A stretch of 51,018 nt of DNA, taken from NCBI GenBank assembly GCA_050731755.1, contig JBOHPP010000038.1, positions 1 through 51,018 on the forward strand. Direction: 5' to 3'. The DNA comes from Candidatus Rokuibacteriota bacterium. Lineage in GTDB: Bacteria > Methylomirabilota > Methylomirabilia > Rokubacteriales > CSP1-6. Numbering within the stretch: the first letter of the stretch is position 1; the number at the start of each line of letters is the position of its first letter. Positions 1 to 8,825 of the stretch are shown here, one piece after another. The notes under the pieces are model-generated. The model searched no databases. It saw only the letters and a program-made list of their open reading frames with translations, and was not told where the DNA came from. A program made the translations under genes and the position numbers.

Positions 1-69
1 CTCAACGAGGTGATCCGGATCTCGGGCCCTTTCGACCGGCTCGTCGGGCCCCGGGCCGCCGGCCGCTAA
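1..69 (+). CDS. 3' end of an unidentified CDS (partial, runs off left edge)
   Basis: Frame 1 is open from base 1 to TAA at 67-69 (LNEVIRISGPFDRLVGPRAAGR*). Too short to name. Confidence 0.25.
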   Translation, partial: LNEVIRISGPFDRLVGPRAAGR

Positions 70-105
70 TCAGCCGCCTTTCGGGCGGCGGCTTTGCCGC
101 CGCAA

Positions 106-948
106 TCAGGTCCGGGGGGAGGTCTCGGAGGGGGCCGTCGAGGTCCCCTCCGACGAGGATGGGGGGCGAAGCCCCCCTTCGAGGGACTCGGCGCGCAAGC
201 CCAGGTAGCTGACGGCGAGCACCATCATCAGCGGGACGCCTGTGGCCGCCACGGTGGACACGCTCGCCAGGAGCGCCAGCGTCCCGCTCGACAGGCCGGC
301 GAAGGCGAGGCCGACCACCGGCAGTATCGGCGCGCCACAGCCCATCACGCTGCATGGCCCCGTCGAGAGCCCGACGACGCTGGCCACCGCGCCCACAGCG
401 CCGCCCCGGCCGGCGGCCCGGGCGTGGAAGCCGTCGGGCGGGCGCCGGCGCCGGGTGTGGACCCAGAGGGCGAAGTACCCGCCGATGAGCAGCGAGGTCA
501 CCACGATCCGGCCGAGATCGCGCACGTCGACGGCGTAGCCCCACTCCGTCCCGCCGAAGGGGCTATCGGCCGAGAACCAGAAGAGGGCGAGGTCGGACAG
601 CTTGGAGACCTTCTCGCCGATGGCGGTGTCGGAGGCGAGATAGTCGGGCAGCCGCTTGAGCCAGGGGTTGAACGTGAAGTAGTCCACCGGCTTGCGGAAG
701 AGCGAGAGCACGACGGGGGGCAGCAGCACGCTGAGCGCGGCGGTAGCCAGGGCCGCCCCCAGGAACACACCCGGGTGATGCCGGAGGGCGCGCCGGACCC
801 CTGTCAGCGAATCGCCCACCGCTCTCGTGATCGTGTGGCGCATATGCTCGGCCGGTGCCGGCTCGATGATGACGACAAAGCTCCGACGGCGCAAGCCCCG
901 AGGCCCGCGCCTTCGGAGCCGACCGGGGGCGGGCTTGACTTTCGGCAT
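106..948 (-). CDS. integral membrane protein, family not recognised
   Basis: 280-codon ORF (ATG 948; alternative ATG 843). Several hydrophobic helices (GVFLGAALATAALSVLLPPVV, IVVTSLLIGGYFALWV, ILPVVGLAFAGLSSGTLALLASV, GVPLMMVLAVSYLGL) and a GPCSVMGCG motif. The last ~25 codons run through GC-rich palindromes. Confidence 0.6.
   Translation of the reverse strand: MPKVKPAPGRLRRRGPRGLRRRSFVVIIEPAPAEHMRHTITRAVGDSLTGVRRALRHHPGVFLGAALATAALSVLLPPVVLSLFRKPVDYFTFNPWLKRLPDYLASDTAIGEKVSKLSDLALFWFSADSPFGGTEWGYAVDVRDLGRIVVTSLLIGGYFALWVHTRRRRPPDGFHARAAGRGGAVGAVASVVGLSTGPCSVMGCGAPILPVVGLAFAGLSSGTLALLASVSTVAATGVPLMMVLAVSYLGLRAESLEGGLRPPSSSEGTSTAPSETSPRT
125..177. repeat. GC-rich palindromic element (two adjacent hairpins), member of a 3-copy motif family
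   Basis: Hairpin 1: TCGGAGGGG (125-133) pairs with CCCCTCCGA (145-153). Hairpin 2: GGGGGGC (161-167)-GAA-GCCCCCC (171-177). Contains GGGCCGTCGAGGTCCCCTCCGAC (132-154), which recurs at 6746-6768 and 8266-8287. Confidence 0.5.
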
Positions 949-1010
949 GGCGCACGTTAAAGCCGAGCCACATCGATCAACTCCTCTACTCCCACCGGAA
1001 GGGGGCTCGT

Positions 1011-2372
1011 ATGGTTGCAGAGGTAAGTCGTCGAGAGTTTCTGAATCGACTGGGCGTGACGATCGGGACCGTCGGGGCCGCGGCCGGCTCCCTCGTGGCG
1101 CCGGCGCCCGCCCAGGCCCAGGTCAAGCCCAAGGGCACCATCCCCGACAAGCCCTACAAGACCGGGCACATGACGTTCTTCACGGGCCCGGCCGCGGTGC
1201 TCGGTGAGCAGTCCTACAAGGGGCACATCCTGGCCGCTGAGGAGATCAACGCCCAGGGCGGTCTGCTCGGCAAGCGAAAGATCGAGACGCTCAAGGCCGA
1301 CGAGGCGGCGGGCACCGACGCCAACGTCAAAGAGTTGCGCCGGATGAAGCTTTCGGAGAGCATCGACTGCTTCACCGGCGTCATCTCCAGCGGCAACACG
1401 CCGGCCCTGGGGCCGGTCGCCGAGGAGCTCAAGGTTCTCACGCTGTTCACGGACGGCTGCACGGACTTCCTGTTCGAGAAGGCCGTGCCCGACCCGCACT
1501 ACGTGTTCCGGGTAACGAACATCCAGTCGGCCGATGGCCTGATGGCAGCCATCGCAGCCTCGACCGCGTGGCCCAAGGTGACGAAGATCGCCCACATCCA
1601 CCCGGACTACTCGTACGGCCGCAACGCTTTCGACCACTTCAACATCGCCATGAAGAAGCTGTCGGGGAACATCGAGGTCGTCTCCGAGGCCTGGCCCAAG
1701 CTCGGCACCACCGAGTTCACCGCGCACATCAGCAAGACGATCTCGGCCAAGCCCGACCTGCTGTTCTGCTCGGTGTGGGGCGGCGACTACGTCGCCCTCT
1801 ACAAGCAGGCCCTGCGGTACGACATGTTCAAGAAGATGAAGGTGGCGACCACGCTGGCCTTCGGCGTGGCCCCCCACGCGCTCGGGAAGGATCACCCCAC
1901 GGACATCGTGGCCGGCGTGCACGCCAACTACCACTTCCTCTACCCGCCCGGCAACCGGTGGCCGCTGAACGCAGAGTTCGTGAAGAAGTTCCACGACAAG
2001 TTCAAGGAGTACCCGAACTTCGAGGCCGAGGGCGCCTACACCGCGCTCCACATGCTGCGCGTGGCCGTCGAGAAGGCCAACCAGCTCGTGGGCGGCTGGC
2101 CCGACGACCAGGCGATCATCGCCATGCTGGAAGGGCTCATGTGGCCGTCGCCGGCGGGCTACGTCTACATCCGTCCCGACAACCACCAGGGATACAAGGA
2201 CGCCGTCACCGGCTTCGCGATGAACTCCGCCGACTATCCGTTCCCGGTGCCCGACCCCAAGCGGATCATCACGGTGCCCATCCGCAACATCACCGCGCCG
2301 CCCGGCTGGCCGAAGGGCGAGCCGACGGCGACCTACAAATGGATCGAGGAGACCTGGCCGAGGGTCTCGTAA
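1011..2372 (+). CDS. ABC transporter substrate-binding protein, Leu/Ile/Val-binding (LivK/LivJ-like) family, Tat-type signal
   Basis: 453 aa. Twin-arginine-like leader SRREFLNRLGVTIGTVGAAAGSLVAPAPAQA. Length and layout of a type-1 periplasmic binding protein. It heads a livHMGF-type gene set. Confidence 0.88.
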   Translation: MVAEVSRREFLNRLGVTIGTVGAAAGSLVAPAPAQAQVKPKGTIPDKPYKTGHMTFFTGPAAVLGEQSYKGHILAAEEINAQGGLLGKRKIETLKADEAAGTDANVKELRRMKLSESIDCFTGVISSGNTPALGPVAEELKVLTLFTDGCTDFLFEKAVPDPHYVFRVTNIQSADGLMAAIAASTAWPKVTKIAHIHPDYSYGRNAFDHFNIAMKKLSGNIEVVSEAWPKLGTTEFTAHISKTISAKPDLLFCSVWGGDYVALYKQALRYDMFKKMKVATTLAFGVAPHALGKDHPTDIVAGVHANYHFLYPPGNRWPLNAEFVKKFHDKFKEYPNFEAEGAYTALHMLRVAVEKANQLVGGWPDDQAIIAMLEGLMWPSPAGYVYIRPDNHQGYKDAVTGFAMNSADYPFPVPDPKRIITVPIRNITAPPGWPKGEPTATYKWIEETWPRVS

Positions 2373-4681
2373 GGCGACTGCCGGCCGGGAGGGCGGGCGC
2401 CCGCCCGTCCTCCCGGCGGCTGCTTTCGTTCGTCGTCCTCACGCTGGCCTGCCTGGCGTGGCTGGCGCCCGCACGGGCCGGCCACGAGATGCCATTCTAT
2501 CCTTCGTACTACCCGCAGGAGATCACCGTCGAGACCATGACGCCGGCCGCCGCGGCCGCCGGCTTCGAGAAAGACACGGTCCACGCGTACCTCGGTCCGG
2601 ACCCCTACGCGGGCAAACCGCTGCCGGCCCGCGTGACCGCCTTCGAGTCGCTGGGATCCTACGTCCTGGTGACGCTCAATCGGACGGCGCCGTCGCTGCG
2701 CGACGTCGAGGCACGGTGCGCGGCGGCCCGCCGCATCGTGGGCGGGCTTGCCCCGGCCGGCTGGACGTTTCATCCCTACCCGGTGACGCCCTACCATCCC
2801 GATTACCTGCATCATGTCGATGTCGCGGACGCGGCGGTGCGTCGATTCCCGCGCGCCGCCGCACCGGGCCTGCCGTCAGGGCTCCGGGTCCGGGCTCGCG
2901 GCCGCCTCGCCCAGGCGTTCACCGGTGCGCCGGCGCCGGGTCCCGAACCGTCGTGGGATGCGCTGGTCGAAGAGGTCAGCGTGCGGGACCTCGTTGCTGG
3001 CGAGAGCGCGACGCTTCATGGCGGTCTGGCGGCGCCCTGGATCAAGGAGGGGTGGCTCCACGCCTGGCTCCTCCTGGCCGGGGGCCTCGCCGATCGCACG
3101 CAGCGGGCGCAGGCCGGGGAGACCTTCCAGCGGCTCACCGCCGGCGGCGCCGCGGGCACCGTCGAGCGGCTCAACCTGGAGCGTGCGCTGGTCGGGCATC
3201 TCACCGCGGGATGCGAGCGGGTGATCGCCGGCTACACGGTGCACCGCGAGATCGCCAACACGGAGTACTCAGCCGGCGTCGAGAACGTCGCGGCCGACGC
3301 CGCGACCGGCTTCAACTCCGCGATCTTCATCCGCACCGTGAAGCTGAAGGATTTTCCCTGGAACGGCTGGCTCACCCTCGGCGTGGCCGCGCCGGCCGCC
3401 GCCGCCTGGAACCCCGTCGCCGGCTTCACCGACGCCACGGGACGCCTCATGTGGGCGGCCCTCGGCGACGCGGCCTTAATCCCGGAGCCCTCGGGCGCCT
3501 CGTGGGTCGAAAATCGCGTCCGGCTCCAGACGACGGAGACCGTGCCACCCATGCCCGTCCGGGTGCCCCGGGACGCGCTCCGGCCCGAGCCCGGCACGGG
3601 GCTCTTCAAGGAGGCCGGAGACGGCAAAACAGCACGGGCGAAGCTGACCTACCGCGTCCTCACCTCGGCCTACCACGACGGCACCCTGATGACCGCCGCC
3701 GACGCGCTCTACGCGCTGGCCTTCGCGTTCAAGTGGGGCGCCGGCCAGGGGGCCGAACAGGAGGGGGAGGTGCGCCGCGCCACCACGCTCATGCGGCAGG
3801 CCCTCGTGGGCGTGAAGGTCGTGAGGACCGATACCGATGTGCTGCGCTTCGGCGAGGTGACGATGAAGTACGACGTCCCCGTCATCGACGTCTACCTCGA
3901 CCTGGCTCTGCGCGATCCGCTGCACCTCGCGGTCGTGAGCCCTCCGTGGAGTCCGGTGCCCTGGCACGCTGTCGCCCTCATGGAGGAGGCGGTCAGACGC
4001 GGCCTCGCCGCGTTCTCCGCGGAGGAGGCGCGACGGCGTGGCCTGCCGTGGCTCGACGTCGTTCGCGACGCGCGGCTGCGCGACAAGCTCCTGCCTCTCG
4101 TCGCGGAACTCGAGAACCAGGGCTACGTCCCGGAAGCGTTGCGAGCGTGGGTGACGCCGCGCCAGGCCCGCGAGCGGTGGGGGAAGCTCGGGCAGTTCGC
4201 GGCCGAGCGCCGCCACCTGCTCGTGACCAACGGCCCCTACATGCTGCACGCGTGGTCGGCGACCGGGGCGGTGCTCCGGGTCTTCCGCGACTTCACTTAT
4301 CCCCTCGGGGTCGGCTCGTTCAACCGGTATCCGCTGCCGCTCCGCGGCTTCATCAACCGGGCGACGGTCACTGCCGACCGGATCGAGGTCCTAGGGGAGG
4401 CTGAGCGGGTAGAGCGCTTCGCCCGCGAGCACCGCATCGTCGCTGAGCCGGTCGGCAGCCCCGGGGTCCAGAAGGAGAGGGGCGCGATCGCGATGTGCCG
4501 GTACGTCGTCGTGGGCGCCGACGGGGGGGTCGTGAAGGCCGGCGCCGTCCCGCCGAATGAGCAGGGGACCTTCGTCGTGAGCCGGCGGGGATGGCCGCCG
4601 GCCCCGCAGATGGTTCTGCTCGCCATCAGCGTCAACGGCAACGTCGTCGACCCGCATGCGCGGGCGGTGCCGCTTGACTGA
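2339..4681 (+). CDS. large secreted protein of unknown function (possibly distantly solute-binding-protein-like)
   Basis: Frame is open from 1568, but the first sensible start is ATG 2339, overlapping the upstream gene by 34 nt. No ATG/GTG/TTG lies between 2372 and the signal peptide. Leader is ...RRLLSFVVLTLACLAWLAPARA|GHEMPFYPSYYPQEI. About 780 aa with coherent GC3-rich coding. The motif FPWNGWLTLGV...AWNPVAGFTD is reminiscent of family-5 SBPs, but this is not secure. Confidence 0.65.
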   Translation: MDRGDLAEGLVRRLPAGRAGARPSSRRLLSFVVLTLACLAWLAPARAGHEMPFYPSYYPQEITVETMTPAAAAAGFEKDTVHAYLGPDPYAGKPLPARVTAFESLGSYVLVTLNRTAPSLRDVEARCAAARRIVGGLAPAGWTFHPYPVTPYHPDYLHHVDVADAAVRRFPRAAAPGLPSGLRVRARGRLAQAFTGAPAPGPEPSWDALVEEVSVRDLVAGESATLHGGLAAPWIKEGWLHAWLLLAGGLADRTQRAQAGETFQRLTAGGAAGTVERLNLERALVGHLTAGCERVIAGYTVHREIANTEYSAGVENVAADAATGFNSAIFIRTVKLKDFPWNGWLTLGVAAPAAAAWNPVAGFTDATGRLMWAALGDAALIPEPSGASWVENRVRLQTTETVPPMPVRVPRDALRPEPGTGLFKEAGDGKTARAKLTYRVLTSAYHDGTLMTAADALYALAFAFKWGAGQGAEQEGEVRRATTLMRQALVGVKVVRTDTDVLRFGEVTMKYDVPVIDVYLDLALRDPLHLAVVSPPWSPVPWHAVALMEEAVRRGLAAFSAEEARRRGLPWLDVVRDARLRDKLLPLVAELENQGYVPEALRAWVTPRQARERWGKLGQFAAERRHLLVTNGPYMLHAWSATGAVLRVFRDFTYPLGVGSFNRYPLPLRGFINRATVTADRIEVLGEAERVERFAREHRIVAEPVGSPGVQKERGAIAMCRYVVVGADGGVVKAGAVPPNEQGTFVVSRRGWPPAPQMVLLAISVNGNVVDPHARAVPLD

Positions 4682-4736
4682 GGCCCTCCTCGATGCGCTG
4701 GAAACGCGCCTATGCCGTGGGGCAAGGTAACGCCCC

Positions 4737-5612
4737 GTGGATACCTTCCTCACCCAGGTCCTCAACTCCCTCTTCTATGCGTCGATCCTCTTTCTGATCG
4801 CCTCGGGTCTGTCGCTTGTCTACGGCGTGATGCGGATCATCAACATGGCCCACGGCAACCTCTACGCCTTTGGCGCCTACGTGGCGGCGTGGGCCATCGG
4901 GCTCGTGGCCAGTCACCTCCACGTGAGCCTGCTGTTCATCCTGCTCGCGACCGGGGCAGCCGCAGCGGCCGTGGCCGGCGCGCTGCTGGAGCCCACGCTG
5001 CTCCGGCCGCTCTACCGCCGGGCCGAGGAGTACCAGCTCCTGATGACTTTCGGGCTGCTCCTGATCCTCGAGGACGTCATGCGGCTCCTCTGGGGGTCCC
5101 ATCCGCTCACGGCCAGCGCGCTGTCCGATGCGTTGGGCAGCGTGTCGATCGTGGGCGCGACCTACCCCGCCTACAACATCTTCGTCATCGTCGTCGGCGG
5201 GGTCGCTGCCGTCGCGCTCTGGGCATTCGTGTACCGCACCCGGTTCGGCGTGACGCTACGGGCGACGTCCCAGGACCGGCGGATGGCGGCGGCCCTCGGC
5301 ATCAACGTCGAGCGCGTCTACGTCCAGGCCTTCACGATCGGATGCCTGATGGCGGGGCTCGGGGGGGCCGTCGTCATGCCGTTGTCGGGAGCCGTCCTCG
5401 GCATGGGCGTGGACGCCCTGATCCTGGCCTTCGTGGTGGTGGTGATCGGCGGCCTGGGCAGCCTGGAAGGCGCCCTGGTGGGCGCCCTCATCGTGGGCTT
5501 CGTCCGGACCATCGGCATCATCTACTTCGCCGAGGTGGAGCTGGCCGTTCTCTACCTGATCGCTGCCCTCGTCCTCTTCGCCCGGCCGGCCGGGCTGTTC
5601 GGGCGGGCATGA
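4737..5612 (+). CDS. livH: branched-chain amino acid ABC transporter permease
   Basis: 291 aa, GTG start. Multi-pass membrane protein with typical LivH N-terminus (FLTQVLNSLFYASILFLIASGLSLVYGVMRIINMAHG). Its stop overlaps the next start (ATGA at 5609-5612). Confidence 0.9.
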   Translation: MDTFLTQVLNSLFYASILFLIASGLSLVYGVMRIINMAHGNLYAFGAYVAAWAIGLVASHLHVSLLFILLATGAAAAAVAGALLEPTLLRPLYRRAEEYQLLMTFGLLLILEDVMRLLWGSHPLTASALSDALGSVSIVGATYPAYNIFVIVVGGVAAVALWAFVYRTRFGVTLRATSQDRRMAAALGINVERVYVQAFTIGCLMAGLGGAVVMPLSGAVLGMGVDALILAFVVVVIGGLGSLEGALVGALIVGFVRTIGIIYFAEVELAVLYLIAALVLFARPAGLFGRA

Positions 5613-6613
5613 CCGCGGTGGTCCGCGCCTCGCTGGCGGGGGCGCCGGGCTGGCAGCTCGCGCTGGCGGCGGTGGCGGTCGTGGCCCTGGCCATCGTCCC
5701 CTTTGTGGCGCCTCCGTTCCAGACGATCCAGCTCTGCTACGGGCTCATCTTCGCCATCGCCGCCCTGGGCTTCAATCTCCTCCTGGGGTATACCGGGCTG
5801 CTGTCGTTCGGCCACTCCGCCTACTTCGGCATGGGCGCCTACACGGTGGCGATGCTCGTCAAGTACCTCGACATCAGGATCATGGAGGTCTTCGTCGTGG
5901 CCGGCGTGCTGGCCTCGGCCGCGGTGGCGGCCCTGTTCGGGCTGGTCTGCGTGCGCTACACGCGGATCTTCTTTGGCATCCTCACCCTGGCCCTGTCCCA
6001 GGTGCTGTGGAGCCTGGCCCTCAAGCTCTTCTGGGTCACCGGCGGCACCGACGGGTTGCGCGTGCCCACCCCCCGGCTGCTCGGCGGCCTCTTCGCCCCG
6101 GCCGCCGACAAGCTGGGGTTCCTCGAGTTCCGCTACTACTATTACGTGCTGGCCCTCTTCGTGGTCTGCGTGGGTGTGATGTGGGTCATCGTCCACTCGC
6201 CGTTCGGCAAGGCGCTGCAGGGCATCCGCGACAACGAGACGCGGGCAGAGTTTGTCGGTGTGCAGGTCCGCCGCTACCGGTGGGTCGCCTTCGTGATTTC
6301 GGGGGCCTTCACGGGGCTGGCGGGGGCGCTGTGGGTGCCGCTGAACGGCCTGACCACGCCCGACATCCTCTACTGGCCGTTCTCCGGGCGGATCGTCTTC
6401 TTCACCGTGCTGGGCGGTTTTCACACGTTCGCGGGTCCTATCGTCGGGGCCATCGCCTACAACTACCTCGAGACCTACGCTGTCGGCTTCACAATCTACT
6501 GGCAGCTCGTCCTGGGCATCGTTCTTGTCCTGCTCGTGCTCACCATGCCCACCGGCCTGGTGGGAGTGCTGGGTCAACTGGCGACGCGGGTCCGGCGGCT
6601 CAGGCCGGCATGA
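5609..6613 (+). CDS. livM: branched-chain amino acid ABC transporter permease
   Basis: ATG 5609 lies inside the long 4712-6613 track ORF. LivM-like signature LIFAIAALGFNLLLGYTGLLSFGHSAYFGMGAY. 334 aa, multi-pass. Confidence 0.9.
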   Translation: MTAVVRASLAGAPGWQLALAAVAVVALAIVPFVAPPFQTIQLCYGLIFAIAALGFNLLLGYTGLLSFGHSAYFGMGAYTVAMLVKYLDIRIMEVFVVAGVLASAAVAALFGLVCVRYTRIFFGILTLALSQVLWSLALKLFWVTGGTDGLRVPTPRLLGGLFAPAADKLGFLEFRYYYYVLALFVVCVGVMWVIVHSPFGKALQGIRDNETRAEFVGVQVRRYRWVAFVISGAFTGLAGALWVPLNGLTTPDILYWPFSGRIVFFTVLGGFHTFAGPIVGAIAYNYLETYAVGFTIYWQLVLGIVLVLLVLTMPTGLVGVLGQLATRVRRLRPA

Positions 6614-6708
6614 ACCATTCTGTGTCAACCCGAGTCAGTCGACGCCTCGCGGTTCGAGCGCCGGCTTTGCCGGCGCACGGTGGCCGCACCTCGCGCGAAT
6701 GGGGAGGT

Positions 6709-6768
6709 TTGGAGGGGGCGGCCGCTGCCCCCTCCAACTTCATCAGGGCCGTCGAGGCCCCCTCCGAC
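6709..6768. repeat. GC-rich palindromic element in the livM-livG spacer
   Basis: Perfect 11-bp stem TTGGAGGGGGC (6709-6719) / GCCCCCTCCAA (6727-6737) with a 7-nt loop. It is followed by GGGCCGTCGAGGCCCCCTCCGAC (6746-6768), which ends 2 nt before the livG ATG. Confidence 0.5.
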
Positions 6769-6770
6769 AT

Positions 6771-7526
6771 ATGAGCCTGCTCGTCACCCGCGGCCTCACC
6801 AAGGCGTTCGGCGCCAACGTCGCCGTCAACCACGTCGACTTTACCGTCCGCCCCGGCGAGATGCTGGGGCTCATCGGGTCCAATGGGGCCGGCAAGACCA
6901 CCCTGGTGAACCTGATCAGCGGGCTCCTGCGCGCCGACGCCGGCGCCATCCTCTTCGAGGACCGGGACGTGACGCGGCAATCGGTCAACGAGCGGATCCG
7001 CGCCGGGATCGCGCGGAGCTTCCAGATCGTCAACCTCTTCGACCACCTCACCGCCTTCGACAACGTCGCCCTCACCATCTTCTCGCGCGACGGCAAGACG
7101 CGGCGGCTTATGACGCTGGCCGGCCGCGACAGCGCCGTTGCCGACGAGGCCGTGGACGTGCTCCGCCAGTTCGGCCTCGAAGGCAAGGCGCGCGTGACGG
7201 CCGGTGGCCTCGCCCAGGGCGAGCGCAAGCTCCTCGACGTGGCGGTGGCCTACGCGCTCCGGCCCAAGCTGCTCTTCCTCGACGAGCCGACCAGCGGGGT
7301 CAGCACGCGCGAGAAGGCGCCCATCATGGACGTCGTGAGCGCCATCGTGCGCTCGGGGCGGATCACCGCCGTTGTGATCGAGCACGACATGGACGTGATC
7401 TTCACCTACTCGGACCGCATCGTGGCCATGCACCAGGGGACGATCCTGGCCGACGGCACGCCGGACGAGATCCGTCGTCATGCGGCGGTGACGGCGAACT
7501 TGCTGGGGGCCGAGGTCGGTCGGTGA
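6771..7526 (+). CDS. livG: branched-chain amino acid ABC transporter ATP-binding protein
   Basis: ATG 6771 (MSLLVTRGLTKAFGANVAVNHVDF). Walker A GSNGAGKTT, signature-region LAQGERKLLDVA, Walker B LLFLDEPTSG. Confidence 0.9.
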   Translation: MSLLVTRGLTKAFGANVAVNHVDFTVRPGEMLGLIGSNGAGKTTLVNLISGLLRADAGAILFEDRDVTRQSVNERIRAGIARSFQIVNLFDHLTAFDNVALTIFSRDGKTRRLMTLAGRDSAVADEAVDVLRQFGLEGKARVTAGGLAQGERKLLDVAVAYALRPKLLFLDEPTSGVSTREKAPIMDVVSAIVRSGRITAVVIEHDMDVIFTYSDRIVAMHQGTILADGTPDEIRRHAAVTANLLGAEVGR

Positions 7527-8248
7527 ACGCGCCGCTGTTCGAGCTGCAGAACATCAACACCCATCGCGGTCCCGCCCACGTGCTGCGGGCGGTGTCGCTG
7601 CGTGTGCACGAGGGTGAGGCCGTCTGCCTGGTCGGCCGCAACGGCGCCGGCAAGACCACCACGCTCGACAGCGCCATCGGGCTCCTGTCTGTGCGCGCGG
7701 GTCGCGTCACGTTCCGCGGACGCGACATCACCCGCCTGCCCGCTCACCAGCGGGCCAAGTTGGGGATCGGCTACGCGCCTGAGGACTGCGGCATCTTCCC
7801 CGACCTCACCGTGGCCGAAAATCTCCAGATCGGCCGCTGGCTCGCGCTCGACGGGCACCGGGCGGCCGGCGACTCCGGCACCGTCGACGGGCGGATCCTG
7901 GAGCTGTTCCCCGAGATCGCCGAGCTCACCGGACGGCGAGGGCTCAACCTCAGCGGTGGGCAGAGGAAGATGGTGGCGATCGGGCGCGCGATGGCCCTGG
8001 CCCCGTCGATCTTGCTGCTCGACGAGCCCTTCGAGGGGCTGGCCCCGGTGGTGGTGACCCGCTTCGTCGACGCCGCCAAGCGCATCAAGGCCATGGGCAT
8101 CTCGCTCCTCATCGCGGAGTCCAACGTCACGAACGCCGCGCGGGTCGCCGACCGGCTCTACGCCATCGATCGGGGGGAGATCATCTTCGAGGGCGCCCCT
8201 CACGAGGCGCTGGCGAACGCCGAGGTGATGCGAACGCTCCGGGGGTGA
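7523..8248 (+). CDS. livF: branched-chain amino acid ABC transporter ATP-binding protein
   Basis: GTG 7523 overlaps the livG stop (GTGA). Walker A GRNGAGKTT, signature LSGGQRKMVAIGRA, Walker B ILLLDEPFEGL. Confidence 0.9.
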   Translation: MNAPLFELQNINTHRGPAHVLRAVSLRVHEGEAVCLVGRNGAGKTTTLDSAIGLLSVRAGRVTFRGRDITRLPAHQRAKLGIGYAPEDCGIFPDLTVAENLQIGRWLALDGHRAAGDSGTVDGRILELFPEIAELTGRRGLNLSGGQRKMVAIGRAMALAPSILLLDEPFEGLAPVVVTRFVDAAKRIKAMGISLLIAESNVTNAARVADRLYAIDRGEIIFEGAPHEALANAEVMRTLRG

Positions 8249-8273
8249 CGGCCGGGCCTGCGACCGGGCCGTC
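8247..8273. terminator. candidate bidirectional stem-loop between convergent genes
   Basis: GACGGCC (8247-8253) pairs with GGCCGTC (8267-8273), with additional inner CGG/CCG pairs. No U-tract. It sits between the livF stop (8248) and the stop of the minus-strand gene (8292). Confidence 0.3.
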
Positions 8274-8291
8274 GAGACCTCTCCGAGTGAA

Positions 8292-8693
8292 CTAGCCGGC
8301 GTAGGCGGCCGAGGGACGGCGGAGAACGTAGTGGCTCACGACATCGTGCAACGGATCGACCTCGTCGAGCAGTCCTCCGTGGAGAAGCTCGCCGTTCTGG
8401 ACGTCGGCGACGGTGAACTGGCCGCCGGCGGCGAGGAAGACGATCTCGACGTTCTGCTCGTGAACCGTCCAGCGCAGCACGACGCCCCCCGTCGACGACG
8501 TCCGGACGGCGGGCGCCGGGACGATAGTGTCGAGGGCGTGGAAGCTGTTGACGAGGGCGATGGCCCGGAGTTGGGCCACCAGGGCCACGGCGCGACCGCC
8601 GTCGTCGCCGGACGCCACCGCGCGGTGGGCCAGCGCGAGGATCTCCTCGATGACCGCATGGTACGGGCAGTCGCGTCCCTTGGCCTTGGCCAT
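8292..8693 (-). CDS. hypothetical protein (133 aa)
   Basis: ATG 8693 (MAKAKGRDCPYHAVIEEILALAH...). Only this distal part of the 410-aa track ORF is credible. No family recognised. Confidence 0.5.
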   Translation of the reverse strand: MAKAKGRDCPYHAVIEEILALAHRAVASGDDGGRAVALVAQLRAIALVNSFHALDTIVPAPAVRTSSTGGVVLRWTVHEQNVEIVFLAAGGQFTVADVQNGELLHGGLLDEVDPLHDVVSHYVLRRPSAAYAG

Positions 8694-8825
8694 ATCGTGA
8701 CCTCTGCGGCGAGCGCTTGCACGCCCGATGCCAGCCCCGCCGCGACGTTGCCGCGCGGTTTTGCGCTCACGCGCCTGCCGATCGATCGAGTAAGCCGGGC
8801 GCCGCGTGCCGTCCTGGCCCATGAG

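Noticed and set aside
957-2186. 409-aa minus-strand ORF antisense to the LivK-like gene
   Set aside because: The composition is Arg/Gly/Val/Asp-rich and biased, typical of shadow frames in high-GC DNA. The plus-strand frame has a clear SBP sequence and signal peptide.
1568-2338. Upstream part of the 1037-aa track ORF (start at 1568)
   Set aside because: This part overlaps the LivK-like gene in another frame and is Arg-rich. The real gene most likely begins at ATG 2339, just before its signal peptide.
2458-4404. 648-aa plus-strand ORF (Arg/Gly/Pro-rich) in an alternative frame of the large secreted protein gene
   Set aside because: The sequence is low-complexity and dominated by RRGR/PGR strings. 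The overlapping frame (2339-4681) has a signal peptide and normal composition.
5552-6628. 358-aa minus-strand ORF antisense to livM. The same applies to 6600-7481, 7478-8203, 9568-10893, 12202-13524, 13394-14782, 36208-37482, 37840-38868, 40777-41907, 42397-43644, 43815-44684, 46375-47655 and 48393-49622.
   Set aside because: All are antisense shadows of confidently identified genes. They have extreme Arg/Gly/Pro/Asp/His content and no recognisable motifs.
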